Source of the DNA: Veleropilina oligotropha
Lineage: Eukaryota
Assembly: GCA_048128005.1 (NCBI GenBank)
Contig: JBEUKZ010000096.1
Coordinates: forward strand, 434,001 to 498,000
Length of the DNA: 64,000 bases
Reading direction: 5' to 3'
Positions within the stretch are counted from its first letter, which is position 1. Every line of letters begins with the position of its first letter. Below are positions 49,797 through 60,600 of this stretch, in pieces. The notes below the pieces were generated by a model. The model searched no databases, was not told the origin of the DNA, and saw only the letters and a program-made list of their open reading frames with translations. The position numbers were made by a program, and so were the translations under genes.

Positions 49797-51101
49797 ATGG
49801 CCAGCCTGTACGGACGCAAGCTTGATCCATACCGCAGACTTCGAGAGCCCCTAGGGGTCAAGGGTATTCGCCAGTCGGTCACCATAACGAACAACCCCTC
49901 CACCATAGCCGCCAACCAGCAGCTGTTGGTCCGGTTCCCTAATCTCGGGGCTCATGACGTGATCGTTCCAGGGACGGCCCACCTCGCATTTACCATCTCT
50001 CTGACCTCGGCTAAACCAAACAGGACCGTAGTTCAGAATATTGGCCGTGCCGTGGTCAAGAAGACCACGATCAAGATCAGTGGCAACGAGATAATGTCTA
50101 TTGACGACTCCGACGTGTACCATTGCTACTGCGACCTCTGGAAAACGCCTCAGGAGCGCAAGAACGCCCAGTACCAGGGGATTGATACCAGCGCCGGCCA
50201 AAACACTAATAAGCATCGTGTTGGTGTGGCAGAAGCCTTCAGAGTTTCTGAGGATGTGGCCATCTCGGACGCGTATGGTAATAGGTTTCGCATCCCGCTG
50301 GACTTCGAATTATAGGAGAGCCACATGCCGTTCTACCAAAGTGCTCTCGGAGACCGTTTGGAGTACGAGCTGACGTTCAACGACTACTCCCGGACGATCA
50401 AGAATACGGACGACCCCGGCTCCAGCTACAGCATCGACAGCATCAGCCTCGAATACGACGTGGTCACCCAGGTAGAACTTGCCAGACTGATACGCAACCA
50501 GTACTCGGGCCGCCTCGCCATCCTCTACGACCGTGTGCTCCGGCATCGTAAGCTCACCTGGAACAAGAGCGACACGCTGTGGAATCTTAACCTGAACGTA
50601 CCGGTGAGGTCCATGAAAGGGATCCTACTGCTGTTTGAGGATCCCGCGAGAGACGCCCAACCATTCGATCGCGACACCGAGGCCTTCTACAACCCGCAAA
50701 TCACCAAGGTCGAGGTCACCATTGAGGGAGTCCCGAATCAAATCTACAGCCAGGGCATGCGTTCATACCAGGTGTGGGAAGAAGCCAAAAAACTGTTCGC
50801 CTCCAATCCGAGCAGCAAGCGGCATCCTGAGGTGGTGCTGGTGGCCAAGGATCTGGCTATGGCAGACGTCAGTCTGGGCGAGTTCCTGACCAAAAAATTC
50901 GCGCTCTGGATAGACCTGTGGGTAACCGACGACGATCAGCTGCATGGGTCAGGCCGGAGGATAGCGAACACCAGCGAGGGCGTCACCATCCAGATAACTA
51001 AGACAGGCGAAGCCGCCGGCCCGTTGAACGTCTACCTGTACGTGATCATGGATGCACAGCTGAACATCGAGGATGGACGCTTTGTCACAGCACTGTACTA
51101 G
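49797..51101 (+). pseudogene. Probable double jelly-roll major capsid protein (~434 codons) with one nonsense codon
   Basis: The 172-aa and 258-aa ORFs are in frame across TAG 50313-50315. Size, beta-rich composition and position next to the ATPase fit an MCP. Confidence 0.75.
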
Positions 51102-51705
51102 ACGATTTCCGCACACAAAGGACCCCCACACCGCGATAATATGCGGCCAGATCGGTTGTGGGAAGACGATTTTCATACTGGAACTGCTGAAAGGAGAGTA
51201 TCGAGGCGTGTTCCGGCACATTGTAATCCTCTGCCCCACGATCAAGCACAACAACGCCTACCAGTCCTGTCCGTAGATCTGAACCGACCCTGAGGTGTAC
51301 ATAATCCCCCCCGGTGAGCGACTCCATGACTGGTTGCGGGGGTTCTACCGGCTTTTCCAGGGGGAGTCGACCCTGTATATAATCGACGACTGCGCGGCCA
51401 GCAAGGCCCTAGCTAAGAGACGGGACATGCTGACGGAGCTGGCCTTGAGCGGAAGGCATGCCTCCCAGAGTGTATGGGTGGTGACGCAGAAGTACAACTC
51501 GGTCCTGAAGGAGCTCCGCGAACAGACCCGTTGGGTCGCTTTGTTTCATTGCAAGGACCGCGACAGCTTTGAAGACTGTCTCCATGAGAATGACGTAATC
51601 CCGTCGCAGGATGAGAGAACCGCGGTGCGCCGGCTGTTGGCCGAGACCCGACACACAAAGCTGCTGTTAAAGACCGATCAGCCCGTTGCCTATAGTGTGC
51701 TGTAG
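51073..51705 (+). pseudogene. A32/FtsK-like packaging ATPase with two in-frame stops
   Basis: Walker A GQIGCGKT, IVILCPT, Walker B LYIIDD, SGRH, VVTQ; stops at 51274 and 51280. Confidence 0.88.
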
Positions 51706-51758
51706 CATCTACCAGCATCTACCTAGCATCTACCTAGCAGCTACTTAGCTAGCTAGGC

Positions 51759-52506
51759 ATGTCGGACGCGGTATATATAGCTTTTGCTTGCAGCCAGAGC
51801 CTGATGTTGCTGCTACTCGTAACATTGTGGTACTGGATTTACAGTTATATTAGACCGGCGAGGCGATGTTGGAAACGCTTCAGGATGGACAGCCTTCTCG
51901 ATCAACTCATGGAGGACGAACAAGAAACGACCGTCTGCTGGGGAGGCCCACCCCGCTCGACGACCGATGGAGAGGAACATGAAAGTCGCGTAGCAAAAAA
52001 GCGGGAGAGGCTTGCAGCCTTAGCCATTGGAGGGGGGGCCCACAAATACTTGGGGAGCAACCTCACAGTTGACCGACGAAGAGATTGACAAGCACCACGT
52101 GCGGTACGAAGCCAAGCTCGGTGCCGAAATGACGAAAACCCTGGGGACTGCAGCTATTCATCTCTACGCGAGTGCAGCGGGGACAGTCTTGCCAATTTCG
52201 CCAGAAAACCAGCTACGTCTGATCGCCGACCTGGAGGCCGACCCTTTCATCTCACACGCGCTGTGCATTGCAAGCTGTGAGCTGTATCACAAATACGGCA
52301 TGTACCTCGCACCGCTGACCGCAGCGTTGACCACGGCTAAGCACTGCCAATTTGGACATGTTTGCCCGCCTAAGATACCAGAGCGAGGGCGAGATCAAGA
52401 TGACAACGCTGGAAGTGGACCAAATTTTGGCACCGAACCCGCCGATAGAGAGGGTGACCCAGCCGATAGAGAGGGTGACTTCTTCGACAGACTCATCAGT
52501 GAGTAA
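51759..52506 (+). pseudogene. Viral hypothetical protein, probably frameshifted near 52070
   Basis: Overlapping 109-aa and 159-aa ORFs; N-terminal hydrophobic helix. Confidence 0.5.
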
Positions 52507-52948
52507 AAAGGACCCTAAGAAGGTGGCTGCGGGTCGGGCCGGTGCTGCTGCTCGGAAAGTCAAGCAGGAGAGGCTCCTTGCTGACGTTAGAAGACTCAAA
52601 GAAGACGCTCGACAAGTATCCGTCAGCGAAGTTCCTTCAGGCCTACCGGAGGCACAGCCCAAACACAGTGGTAATACCCCCCCACCCCCCGGGGCCGAGG
52701 TGACCGCGGTCGAAAAGGACGTTCGCGCCCGGAAATCGGACCCATTTAATTGGACCCATGGACTCTTCGCTGCAGGCGGGGTTGCGTTGTTATTTGTTGT
52801 CTGGAAACGCAGCAGTGGTTCCCCCACACCACATCAACAGCACCGGCGAGGCAGCCCCCCCAAGGGCCTACCACACCCCACACCCCCACCACCGAATTGG
52901 AGACTAGGCCCAACCCTTTCGATATGCGATAGTAGCAGTACAACATGA
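52352..52948 (+). CDS. Viral basic protein with TM segment
   Basis: KKDPKKVAAGRAGAAARK basic motif and GLFAAGGVALLFVVW; start and end uncertain. Confidence 0.55.
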   Translation: MDMFARLRYQSEGEIKMTTLEVDQILAPNPPIERVTQPIERVTSSTDSSVSKKDPKKVAAGRAGAAARKVKQERLLADVRRLKEDARQVSVSEVPSGLPEAQPKHSGNTPPPPGAEVTAVEKDVRARKSDPFNWTHGLFAAGGVALLFVVWKRSSGSPTPHQQHRRGSPPKGLPHPTPPPPNWRLGPTLSICDSSSTT

Positions 52949-53184
52949 CTACCCCAATTACGGATGGAAAGATGCTCGGCAATGCCGTCTATCACTCGGC
53001 CATAGTGTCAGGCCTCGCCATTGGCTACTCACGCCTGGTAAAGATGGCCTTCAAGGGACAAAGTCCCAAGCTGGACTTCACGGGTTACGACGTGGGGATG
53101 GTCGTCCTCGACGTAGCGATCGCCATGGCGACGAAAGATATGCTGATCAAGCAGGGCATCATCCCTGCCGACATATTGAAGTAG
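52945..53184 (+). CDS. Small hydrophobic viral protein, 79 aa
   Basis: Intact ORF with good ATG context in the co-oriented cluster. Confidence 0.65.
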   Translation: MTTPITDGKMLGNAVYHSAIVSGLAIGYSRLVKMAFKGQSPKLDFTGYDVGMVVLDVAIAMATKDMLIKQGIIPADILK

Positions 53185-53214
53185 TGGGACCTGCTAGATA
53201 ATCGCAGCATTTCA

Positions 53215-53646
53215 ATGGCTTCCATTGCGATGCTGGTTGGGGGCGCTCTCGTCAACGCCCTCGCCTTCAGCGGGTCCAACTTCCTATTCTCGAAGCTACG
53301 CAGCTCCGGTGTTGATGAGGAGCGTAAACGCCACGACAAAGCCGTAGAGCAGCTCCAGGCCGCTCAGACTAAATGGTCCCAAAAGCGGGCAGAGCGTCTC
53401 GATTGGCTTAACGTTGAACTTCGCCGCCAGGGTCATGCCGTTGGCACTTTCCGGGATGTTGACGCCACGATCCGTGAGTATGCCTTGATCACCGGCAAGA
53501 ACCTCGACCCCGGTTTGGGGGGTGGCCCTGAGCCCCAGCTGTCTGACTACTACACGCCGAGTGAAGACCAGAAGGGACGTGAGATTACCTTCGTCATCCT
53601 GGGGATGGCTGCGACCGGGTTGGTAGCCTACAAGCTCCTACCCTAA
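53215..53646 (+). CDS. Viral protein with hydrophobic termini and central coiled coil, 143 aa
   Basis: MASIAMLVGGALVNALAF..EERKRHDKAVEQLQ..ITFVILGMAATGLVAY. Confidence 0.7.
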   Translation: MASIAMLVGGALVNALAFSGSNFLFSKLRSSGVDEERKRHDKAVEQLQAAQTKWSQKRAERLDWLNVELRRQGHAVGTFRDVDATIREYALITGKNLDPGLGGGPEPQLSDYYTPSEDQKGREITFVILGMAATGLVAYKLLP

Positions 53647-53683
53647 TTTCCAGTGGACATTTTTTTCGTGGGCATGTATAATA

Positions 53684-53971
53684 ATGGGGCTCCCAGAAGA
53701 GCTGTACTTTGCCTTGCTAGAGGTGGGCCTTGGTACTACGTCACTCGACTGCTGGCGGCGCAACGAAAAGACTATGGTGCTGTTCGCGGTCATGGTGCTC
53801 TCCGGGGGCCCGACCAACATACGGGCGACGACTGGGCAGCTTCCAGAGGCGGAAGCTGAAGCCTGTTGGAAACTGATCACGTTGCTGGAATACATCGCAA
53901 GCCTCGACGGCAGCGAATACCTCACAAGTCTCGATGGCAGCGAAGACACAAAAGCCCCCCCTGACGGCTAA
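53684..53971 (+). CDS. Viral hypothetical protein, 95 aa
   Basis: Fills the gap before the integrase; no recognisable motif. Confidence 0.4.
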   Translation: MGLPEELYFALLEVGLGTTSLDCWRRNEKTMVLFAVMVLSGGPTNIRATTGQLPEAEAEACWKLITLLEYIASLDGSEYLTSLDGSEDTKAPPDG

Positions 53972-54987
53972 AGAACTCGACCGGAAGCTTGCGAATGGCT
54001 ACTATAGCCCCCGAGGCTACTGGAAAGGGATCGCCGCGATAAAACATCTCTCGGCTGCAGTAGATGTCTCTGAAGACGTGGCCCGGGATTGGCTGAAGAA
54101 GCAGGCCATCTGGCAAATCTATTTACCTGCGCCACGGCGGATTCCAAGGACCAAAATTCGACGTCGTAACGCCGAACGAGGTTCACCAAGCCGACCTCCT
54201 GTTTCTGCCCCATGACACAGTGGGCTTGGCACGAAAGCAACGGAGCTACAAGTATGCGCTGACGGTTGTTGACGTGGCCTCACGCTACAAAGAGGCTGAG
54301 CCTCTGGCCACAAAAGAGGCCAAAGGGGTTGCTGAAGCTCTGTCTCGAATCTACAGGCGGAGTCCTCTTAGCTGGCCGAAACTGCTTCAAGTCGACCCAG
54401 GGAGGGAGTTTATGGGCGCGGTCTCCCAGCTGCTGGCTACAAATAACGTCGAGGTTAGGCGTGGCCGTGTGGATATCCATCGCGACCAAGGGATCGTGGA
54501 GCGCTTCAACCGGACGCTCGCTGAGCGGCTCTTCGGGCACCAGTATGCAAAAGAGATGGGTTTCGCAGGGACTGCAAAAGAGGGTCAAAGGTCGACTGAG
54601 TGGGTGGCCAGGCTGCCCGCCGTTGTTGCGGCCTTGAATGGGGAAGTGACCCGCCTCACCGGTAAAAAGCCCAAGGATGCCATCAAGGCGCCTCGCGTTG
54701 CACAAAATCCATCTTCCACTGTTCCAGGCCGACAGGGGAAGGAACAGAAACTCCCCTCTGACATAGATGTTCGCTACCTATACCAACCCGGTGAGTTGGA
54801 GGGTGGTCGCCGGCGAGCGACTGACCCGGTGTGGTCTTTGACGGTTCACCGGCTTGGACGCTCCATCACTAAACCTGACGAGCCTGTGCTCTACTACTTG
54901 CTTGATGGACCACCGCGTGGGTTTGTTCGTGAGGAACTGCTCGTGGTGCCTCGTGACACCCAGCTGCCGCCGGTTCTCAGGCGTTAG
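53934..54987 (+). pseudogene. Retroviral-type (rve) DDE integrase, frameshifted near 54150
   Basis: HQADLLFLP, YALTVVDVASRY, LQVDPGREF, QGIVERFNRTL. Confidence 0.92.
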
Positions 54988-57900
54988 CAGCAGCAGCCCC
55001 TCTTTTTCGGTTACATTCCAGGCACGTTAAGCACACGTTGTCGCGGATGTGGCCCCTGCTGTTGTCCACACGGTCGACACTGAACTGCTGTGTGTCTTTG
55101 GGCTGGTAGGCCCAGAGCAGCTCTATGTTGCGTGCTGCGCATTGGCTGTTTTGGGCTTCTTTGAGCTGCAGGATGTCCTCGACCTTGAGGTTAAATCCCT
55201 GGAGTCCCTTTGCCTGGTCCTGGCGCATGTATGCCACGAGCTTTCTCTGGGTGGTTTTTCGGAGCTGCTGCTTGCTCTGCTGCGCTTGCGCGTGGGCTGT
55301 CCTCAGAACCCTCATCCGGAGGACAGGTTACCCGTTCGAGCTGATGCAGATACTCCACCCGGGACACGGCTAGGTAGGCGAGATTACTCCACTGAAGGTA
55401 GTCGTCGATGATCCAGACTTTCTGTGGGTCGTGAATGGTAAGACCCTGGCTCGAATGGATGGTGAGAGCATAGCCCAGGCGCCAATCCGGGGTCAGGATA
55501 GCCCGCTCAGCGGCCTCAATCGTGACCTCTATGACGTCGTTGAGAACTAGCAGTTCGCTGCGCGCTGTGCCAGGGATGGTTACATCAATGTTCTGCTTCC
55601 TGTTGTCCTTGGGGTGATAAAGGATAGGCACGGGTTGATCTGGGAAGTCTTCCTTGTGCCTCTGGAGCAACAGCTCTTGAGCCCGTCCGCGGACCTTCTG
55701 ATGGCTGGTGAGGATTAGGTCGCCTGGCTTCCAGGCTTTGACAAACCGGTCCCATCCAAGGCAGCTGGGGAGAGTCTTACGCATTTCCTGGCACTGGACT
55801 TTGTCGGGCTGGAGGCGGATACGTCTTTTCAGGGCTTGGAGGGCAGGGTCGTCTTTCGCCCTGAAGTCTACTTCGATCTCTTCATAGTAGTCCGCGGTCC
55901 TTCGCAGCCAATCGTGCGGCATCTCCCCCGTAATCGGGGTGTCGGGTGTCCAGTCGTTCTGGCCGCTCCATCGGAAGAAGCTGTGGTAGGTCTGGGATTT
56001 GACACCCCTGGTCCGCATTTCTTTAGCGAGGCGATGGGTTGGCGTGAACACGATGGGATTTCTCGAACGAAACAGCTCGATCGCTCTCGTAGTCTTGCCA
56101 CAGCCCCCTCCACCGTTGAGGTAACTCAGGCGATGGTGGGTCAGTGTGTCATTGTAGCAGGGCGCGGTGCTTGGCTGCACGTCCTTTGTGGCACAACAAT
56201 ACTCTGGCTTGGGCAGGTATGCGGCACGTTCCTGTGGCATGTACAGCTGTTCGCCCTTGTCACGCCACTGGGCCGGTGCTACTGGCGGAAGGTATGTCTC
56301 CCGAATCAGACAGGAGATGCACGATTTATCGCCACAGTCGCAGAGTTGGGGGGCAACGTACGCCTTGACATCGTCGAGCTTCTCCAACGAGGCCTTCTTG
56401 AGGTAGATGCTGTCAGTGGCTACCCGGACAGCCTCCTCAGGGGTGAAACGCTGAAGCATTGCGAGGAGGTTTATGTGGGCATATGCCAGCATCGATGCCC
56501 TCAGGTGGGTGTACTGTGGCTGGGAGCCATCATAGTACGTGAGGATGTGCCCCATAGGGCACCTTTGAGGCGCGCCGACCAGGGTACCGCTTTGGCGGGT
56601 GTCTTGGACCAGGAAGTCAAGCTCTCCCTGGTCAATCACAAGCCTTCGTGTCAATCTTTTGCCGTCAGCTTTGCTGCCCTGAGTGAATTTGCCAATGATG
56701 CTGCAGCCCTGGTCACGATTCTCAGGAAGCCAGACTTCGGTTTGCTTTTTGACTGCGATGATGGCTTCTCGGATCTTGAGACTTTTCAGCAGTCCAGATT
56801 CTAAGAGGAAGGCGATCAGCGGGGTCGGTGCCCAGCTTTGCTCTGCAAAGTGCTTTCCGAACCAGGCGGGGATGGTGGGGTGGATTTCTTGTGCAAACTC
56901 CCATTCCACGACCTCGGCAAAGCCAGTACCGATTTATTGGGGAATAGGACCGTTAATTGCGACCCTCGTCATGCTGTGGGTTGGGTGTCCGAATCTTTTG
57001 AAATAGGGCTTAGCCTCGCCTTTCCCCTGAAAGCTGGCAGGGTAGCAGGCTTTCATGTCGATGCAGACGATGTCTCTCGTATCATAGCTCATGGAATTCC
57101 AAATGCCACCATGACCATGCACTACACAGGCCTTCTGGATGTCATCGAGCAGGCTGACTGGGGTAGGTTTCCAGCCGTTGTGCTCTTTGGCCATAATGCT
57201 AGCTGCATGGTTCTCGCCAAAGGATCGATCGGCAAGAGACTCATTCCCCAGAGCCTTACAGGCTTCCTGAAGAGCGGTGTGAGTCTCTTTCGTCCTGTAA
57301 GTGCGGTCATCTTGCAGCACGAACTGGTCCACATTGAGCTGTCGATCTTTACCGCCAAGGAGCCAGACAGCTAATGGCTCATTACGTGTGGCTTGTCGGA
57401 TAGCTTCCCAGACATCGCCCTCATACAGGTGGACCTCGCGAGACTGCGGGAAATGAAGGTCCTTGGGCCAGGCGTGGCCGTTGTGGCAGACGAGTTCGAC
57501 TGGTCTATACCGGGAGCCCTGGTACTTCCCACTGTTGTAGATGTCCTCGCCAGCAATGTCTCTCAAGATCATCGCCCGTTTGAGGATCCTCTCAAGGTCA
57601 GCCACGTCGTCGACTGAAGCTCCGGTTTCATGAACTCGCGCCTCCCACTCCTGTATTTTCTGCCGCCTTGTCGGGGTGAGTCCGTTCCCTCTCATGGCAC
57701 CTTCAAAGTGCTCAACCACTCTCTGGGCAACGCAGTTGAGGTCGCCGTTTTTCAATGGGACTAGGTTAGCGGGGTTTGGTTCTCTGAGAGGGTAGAGGCC
57801 GTAGACGACTGCAGTGACCGGGTAGGCGTTCTCGTAGTAGGCTTTGTCGACCCCAGTTATAGCACCTGGCTTAGTGTCTTGAGAGATCTCAACGACACCC

Positions 57901-58532
57901 TGGCCCTTCCTCGCAGCCTTCACCAGGTCAAACTTGTCTTCGGTCACCCAGTCGCCTTCACCCCACTCACGCAAGAACTTTATTTTCAGGAGAAACTCGC
58001 CCTTTGGAAGGGCTGTGAGGAGCTGTGCCGCCCTCGCGTCTGTCATACGGGCATCCAGGGCCAGCCGGCCAGCCCTCGCTTCGATGCCGTGTGCGATCTT
58101 AATGTCCACTTCTACCCTCCATGTGGAGAAAGCCGCCGCGGCGCCATCGACCTCAAACTCGTCTTTGGCGTCGTTCAAGAGTTCCACCCATGGCTCGTCT
58201 GCTGGGAGCCTTACTGGGGGAGGGGCCTGGTCATCCAGGTCGATGAATTGCTGCCCCTCTGTTGTGGTAAACAGCCCTACAAGATCCTTCTGGTAGTCTT
58301 GGGCTGTCCGGGGCTTTTTGGAGATGGGGATTGGGTCAAATTCCTCAACAACGGCCTTCCGTTTTCTCTCCGTTTGGGGAGGGGTTTTAATCGCAGCGCG
58401 TGGAACCAGAGGCTTCAACAAGCGCTCTTTCACGTCTTCCGGGATTGGTTCATCTAGGATGTTACGAACCACATCCCGGAGAGTGTCAGATGCCTGCATG
58501 TCTGCGAGCAGTTGGTCTATGTAGTCATCCAT
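54977..58532 (-). pseudogene. Fused replication gene: divergent family-B polymerase, SF1 (RecD/Pif1-like) helicase and HNH-like domain
   Basis: IDMKACYP, IIGKF and VATDSIY; then GGGGCGKTT, TPTH, TYHSFF, TIHSSQGLT and YLAVSRV; then SVDRVDNSRGH..NV..TCLECN. In-frame TAA at 56934-56936 and a frameshift near 55280. Confidence 0.85.
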
Positions 58533-58577
58533 AGTGGCCCTGCTGCTGGGTGGGTATACGTCATGCCGATCACTTCT

Positions 58578-58877
58578 CTAATAGGAACTTTCCATGTGGT
58601 AGATTGCAGCCATGCGGAGAAACTCTCGCAGAAACTCTCTCTGGAAGGCCCTTTTCTTTCGTTGCCAGTCCCTATCGTTCTCAAGCTTATACCCACAGCC
58701 CTGACACAGCGTAAGCCGGTTGAAGACGCCTTTGCCTCATTTGATGCAGGGCTTTGTGCCCCGGCCATTTCGCCGTTGCCGAACCAGGTGGACTTTGCAA
58801 AACTCTCTCAGACAACTCTTACCGCATAGCTCCGTGGAGCTGATGGTGAGCCATTGACAGGTGTCTGTGCCCTTCAT
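58578..58877 (-). pseudogene. Small viral zinc-finger protein (99 codons) with one nonsense codon
   Basis: MKGTDTCQW..LCGKSCLREFCKVH..PCIK*GKG..LCQGCGY..SSY*; the TGA at 58737-58739 sits where a CxxC Cys is expected. Confidence 0.65.
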
Positions 58878-58953
58878 CGTATCCTTTGCAGTGGGTATAT
58901 CCTGTGATATGGGTATGTCTAAAAGAGAGCCCGGGCCGGCGAGGGTTGTGGGC

Positions 58954-59201
58954 CGTCCCTACGGGCTCTTACTACCAGTCCAATCACCCCCCTGCTGCTC
59001 TCTTACTACCAGCTCAGTTCAGACGGGCGCTGGGAGCCTTATTTTCCCATTCTAAAAAGTGCATTCACCCCCCCTGCTGCTGCTGGTTTTATGCCTAAAA
59101 AACAAGCGCTATTAGGGTCCCTATTCGCAGACCCTGTTGCTGCTTACTCCATACCCCTAAAAACAAGCTCTATTAGAGTCTGCTCACCCCCCCCTGCTGC
59201 T
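58954..59201 (-). repeat. Right TIR of the virus
   Basis: Inverted match to 43914-44190. Confidence 0.92.
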
Positions 59202-59432
59202 CAACTAACCACATAATGGGATGGATAAAGTTCGAATAATGAAAATTATTTAATTTATGTTCTTGAAGTATATTTACACTTAGTCTCTGGGTGCATATCT
59301 ATTTCTTTAGCCTCTGATGGCAGGAAATTTTTCTTAATTCTCATTGAGTTACTGATACACAGCGTGCAAAAATATATATGCGGTCAATAATACCGGCGGA
59401 GGACAATCGCCAATTCGTGGCAATCACTTGTT

Positions 59433-60600
59433 TTCATTGAAGTGCATGCCCCGATTAAGTGAGACCCCACTTCACTAGATCCCGTTGTAGTTGGAGATGG
59501 TCATCCCTACTTCTAATGCACCGATACAGCAGGCAGTCGTCCGCGAAGTGTCGCATTGATGATTTTACGGATTCTGGGAGATTGTTTTTATGGCATAAAA
59601 ACACGATTGGGCCTAGGATCGTTCCCTGCTGTACCCCGGAGTCAACGTGTACTGGATCTGATTCTTCGCCTTCGACTAGTGAGACCCCACTTCACGAGAT
59701 CCCGTTGTAGTTGGAGATGGTCATCCCTACTTCTAATGCACCGATACAGCAGGCAGTCGTCCGCGAAGTGTCGCATTGATGATTTTACGTATTCGGGGAG
59801 ATCGTTTTTACGGCATAAAAACACAATTGGGCCTAGGACCGTTCCCTGCGGTACCCCAGAGTCAACGTGTACTGGATCTGATTCTTCGCCTTCGACTAAC
59901 ACTTTCATCTGTCGGTTACAGAGGAAATCCTTTATCCAGTCATTTATTTTCCAATCCATTGACTGTGAATCCATATGCTGACATCTTATGTAATAGCTTG
60001 TTGTGAGGGACGGTATCGAAAGCCTTAGAGAAGTCTAATATTGCGATATCGATTTGCGCTCCACTGTCGTTATGTTTCAGAAGGTCATGAACGGTAGTGA
60101 CGAGTTGTGTTTCGCACGAATAGCCTGCACGGAAACCATGATATAGGGTGGTCAGTATTTTATGTCTGTCTAGATGGTCTAGTATGTGTTTGCACATTAT
60201 AATTATGTTCTAACCCTTTACACAAGACACACGTGAGTGACACTGGTCGATAGTTCTCTGCCGCATGGACACCGCCCTTCTTGAATACCGGTGAGATATT
60301 TGCATCGCGCCAGTCCTGTGGCATGAACCGCTCTCTACGGAAACCTGGAATATGTTTTGCACTTCTGGAGCGATTTGCTTGACACAGTTCTTGAGCATGA
60401 TGTTTGCGATCTTTTCTGGGCCTTGGCCGTGTCTAGGGTCACAAGAAGTTTTTAAATACCGTTTGTGGTTATATGGAGTGGGTGGATGCTCATTTTTTTA
60501 AATGGTTGATAGCTCCCCATTGTCCTCCTTTGTGAATACCAATTGAAACTGTTTCATCAGGATTTTGGCTTGTCCTTCCTGCCTGAAACAAGATGCCCCA
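59433..60600 (-). pseudogene. Decayed non-LTR retrotransposon RT region with an internal 220-bp tandem duplication
   Basis: HGFRAGYSCETQL, LDFSKAFDTVPH, SGVPQGTVLGP, FADDCLLY; 59459-59678 is repeated at 59679-59898. Confidence 0.85.

Larger units (their letters stand above)
43914..59201. mobile_element. Complete endogenous Polinton-like virus, 15,288 bp, inactivated copy
   Basis: AGCAGCA..TGCTGCT termini, ~250-280-bp TIRs, CAACT duplicated at 43909-43913 and 59202-59206. GC-rich, gene-dense interior with capsid, ATPase, integrase and polymerase-helicase genes. Confidence 0.92.

Noticed and set aside
55836..56804. 322-aa plus-strand ORF and other long antisense ORFs in the virus and DIRS (for example 45239-45985)
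   Set aside because: Shadow ORFs of GC-rich coding DNA with no motifs.
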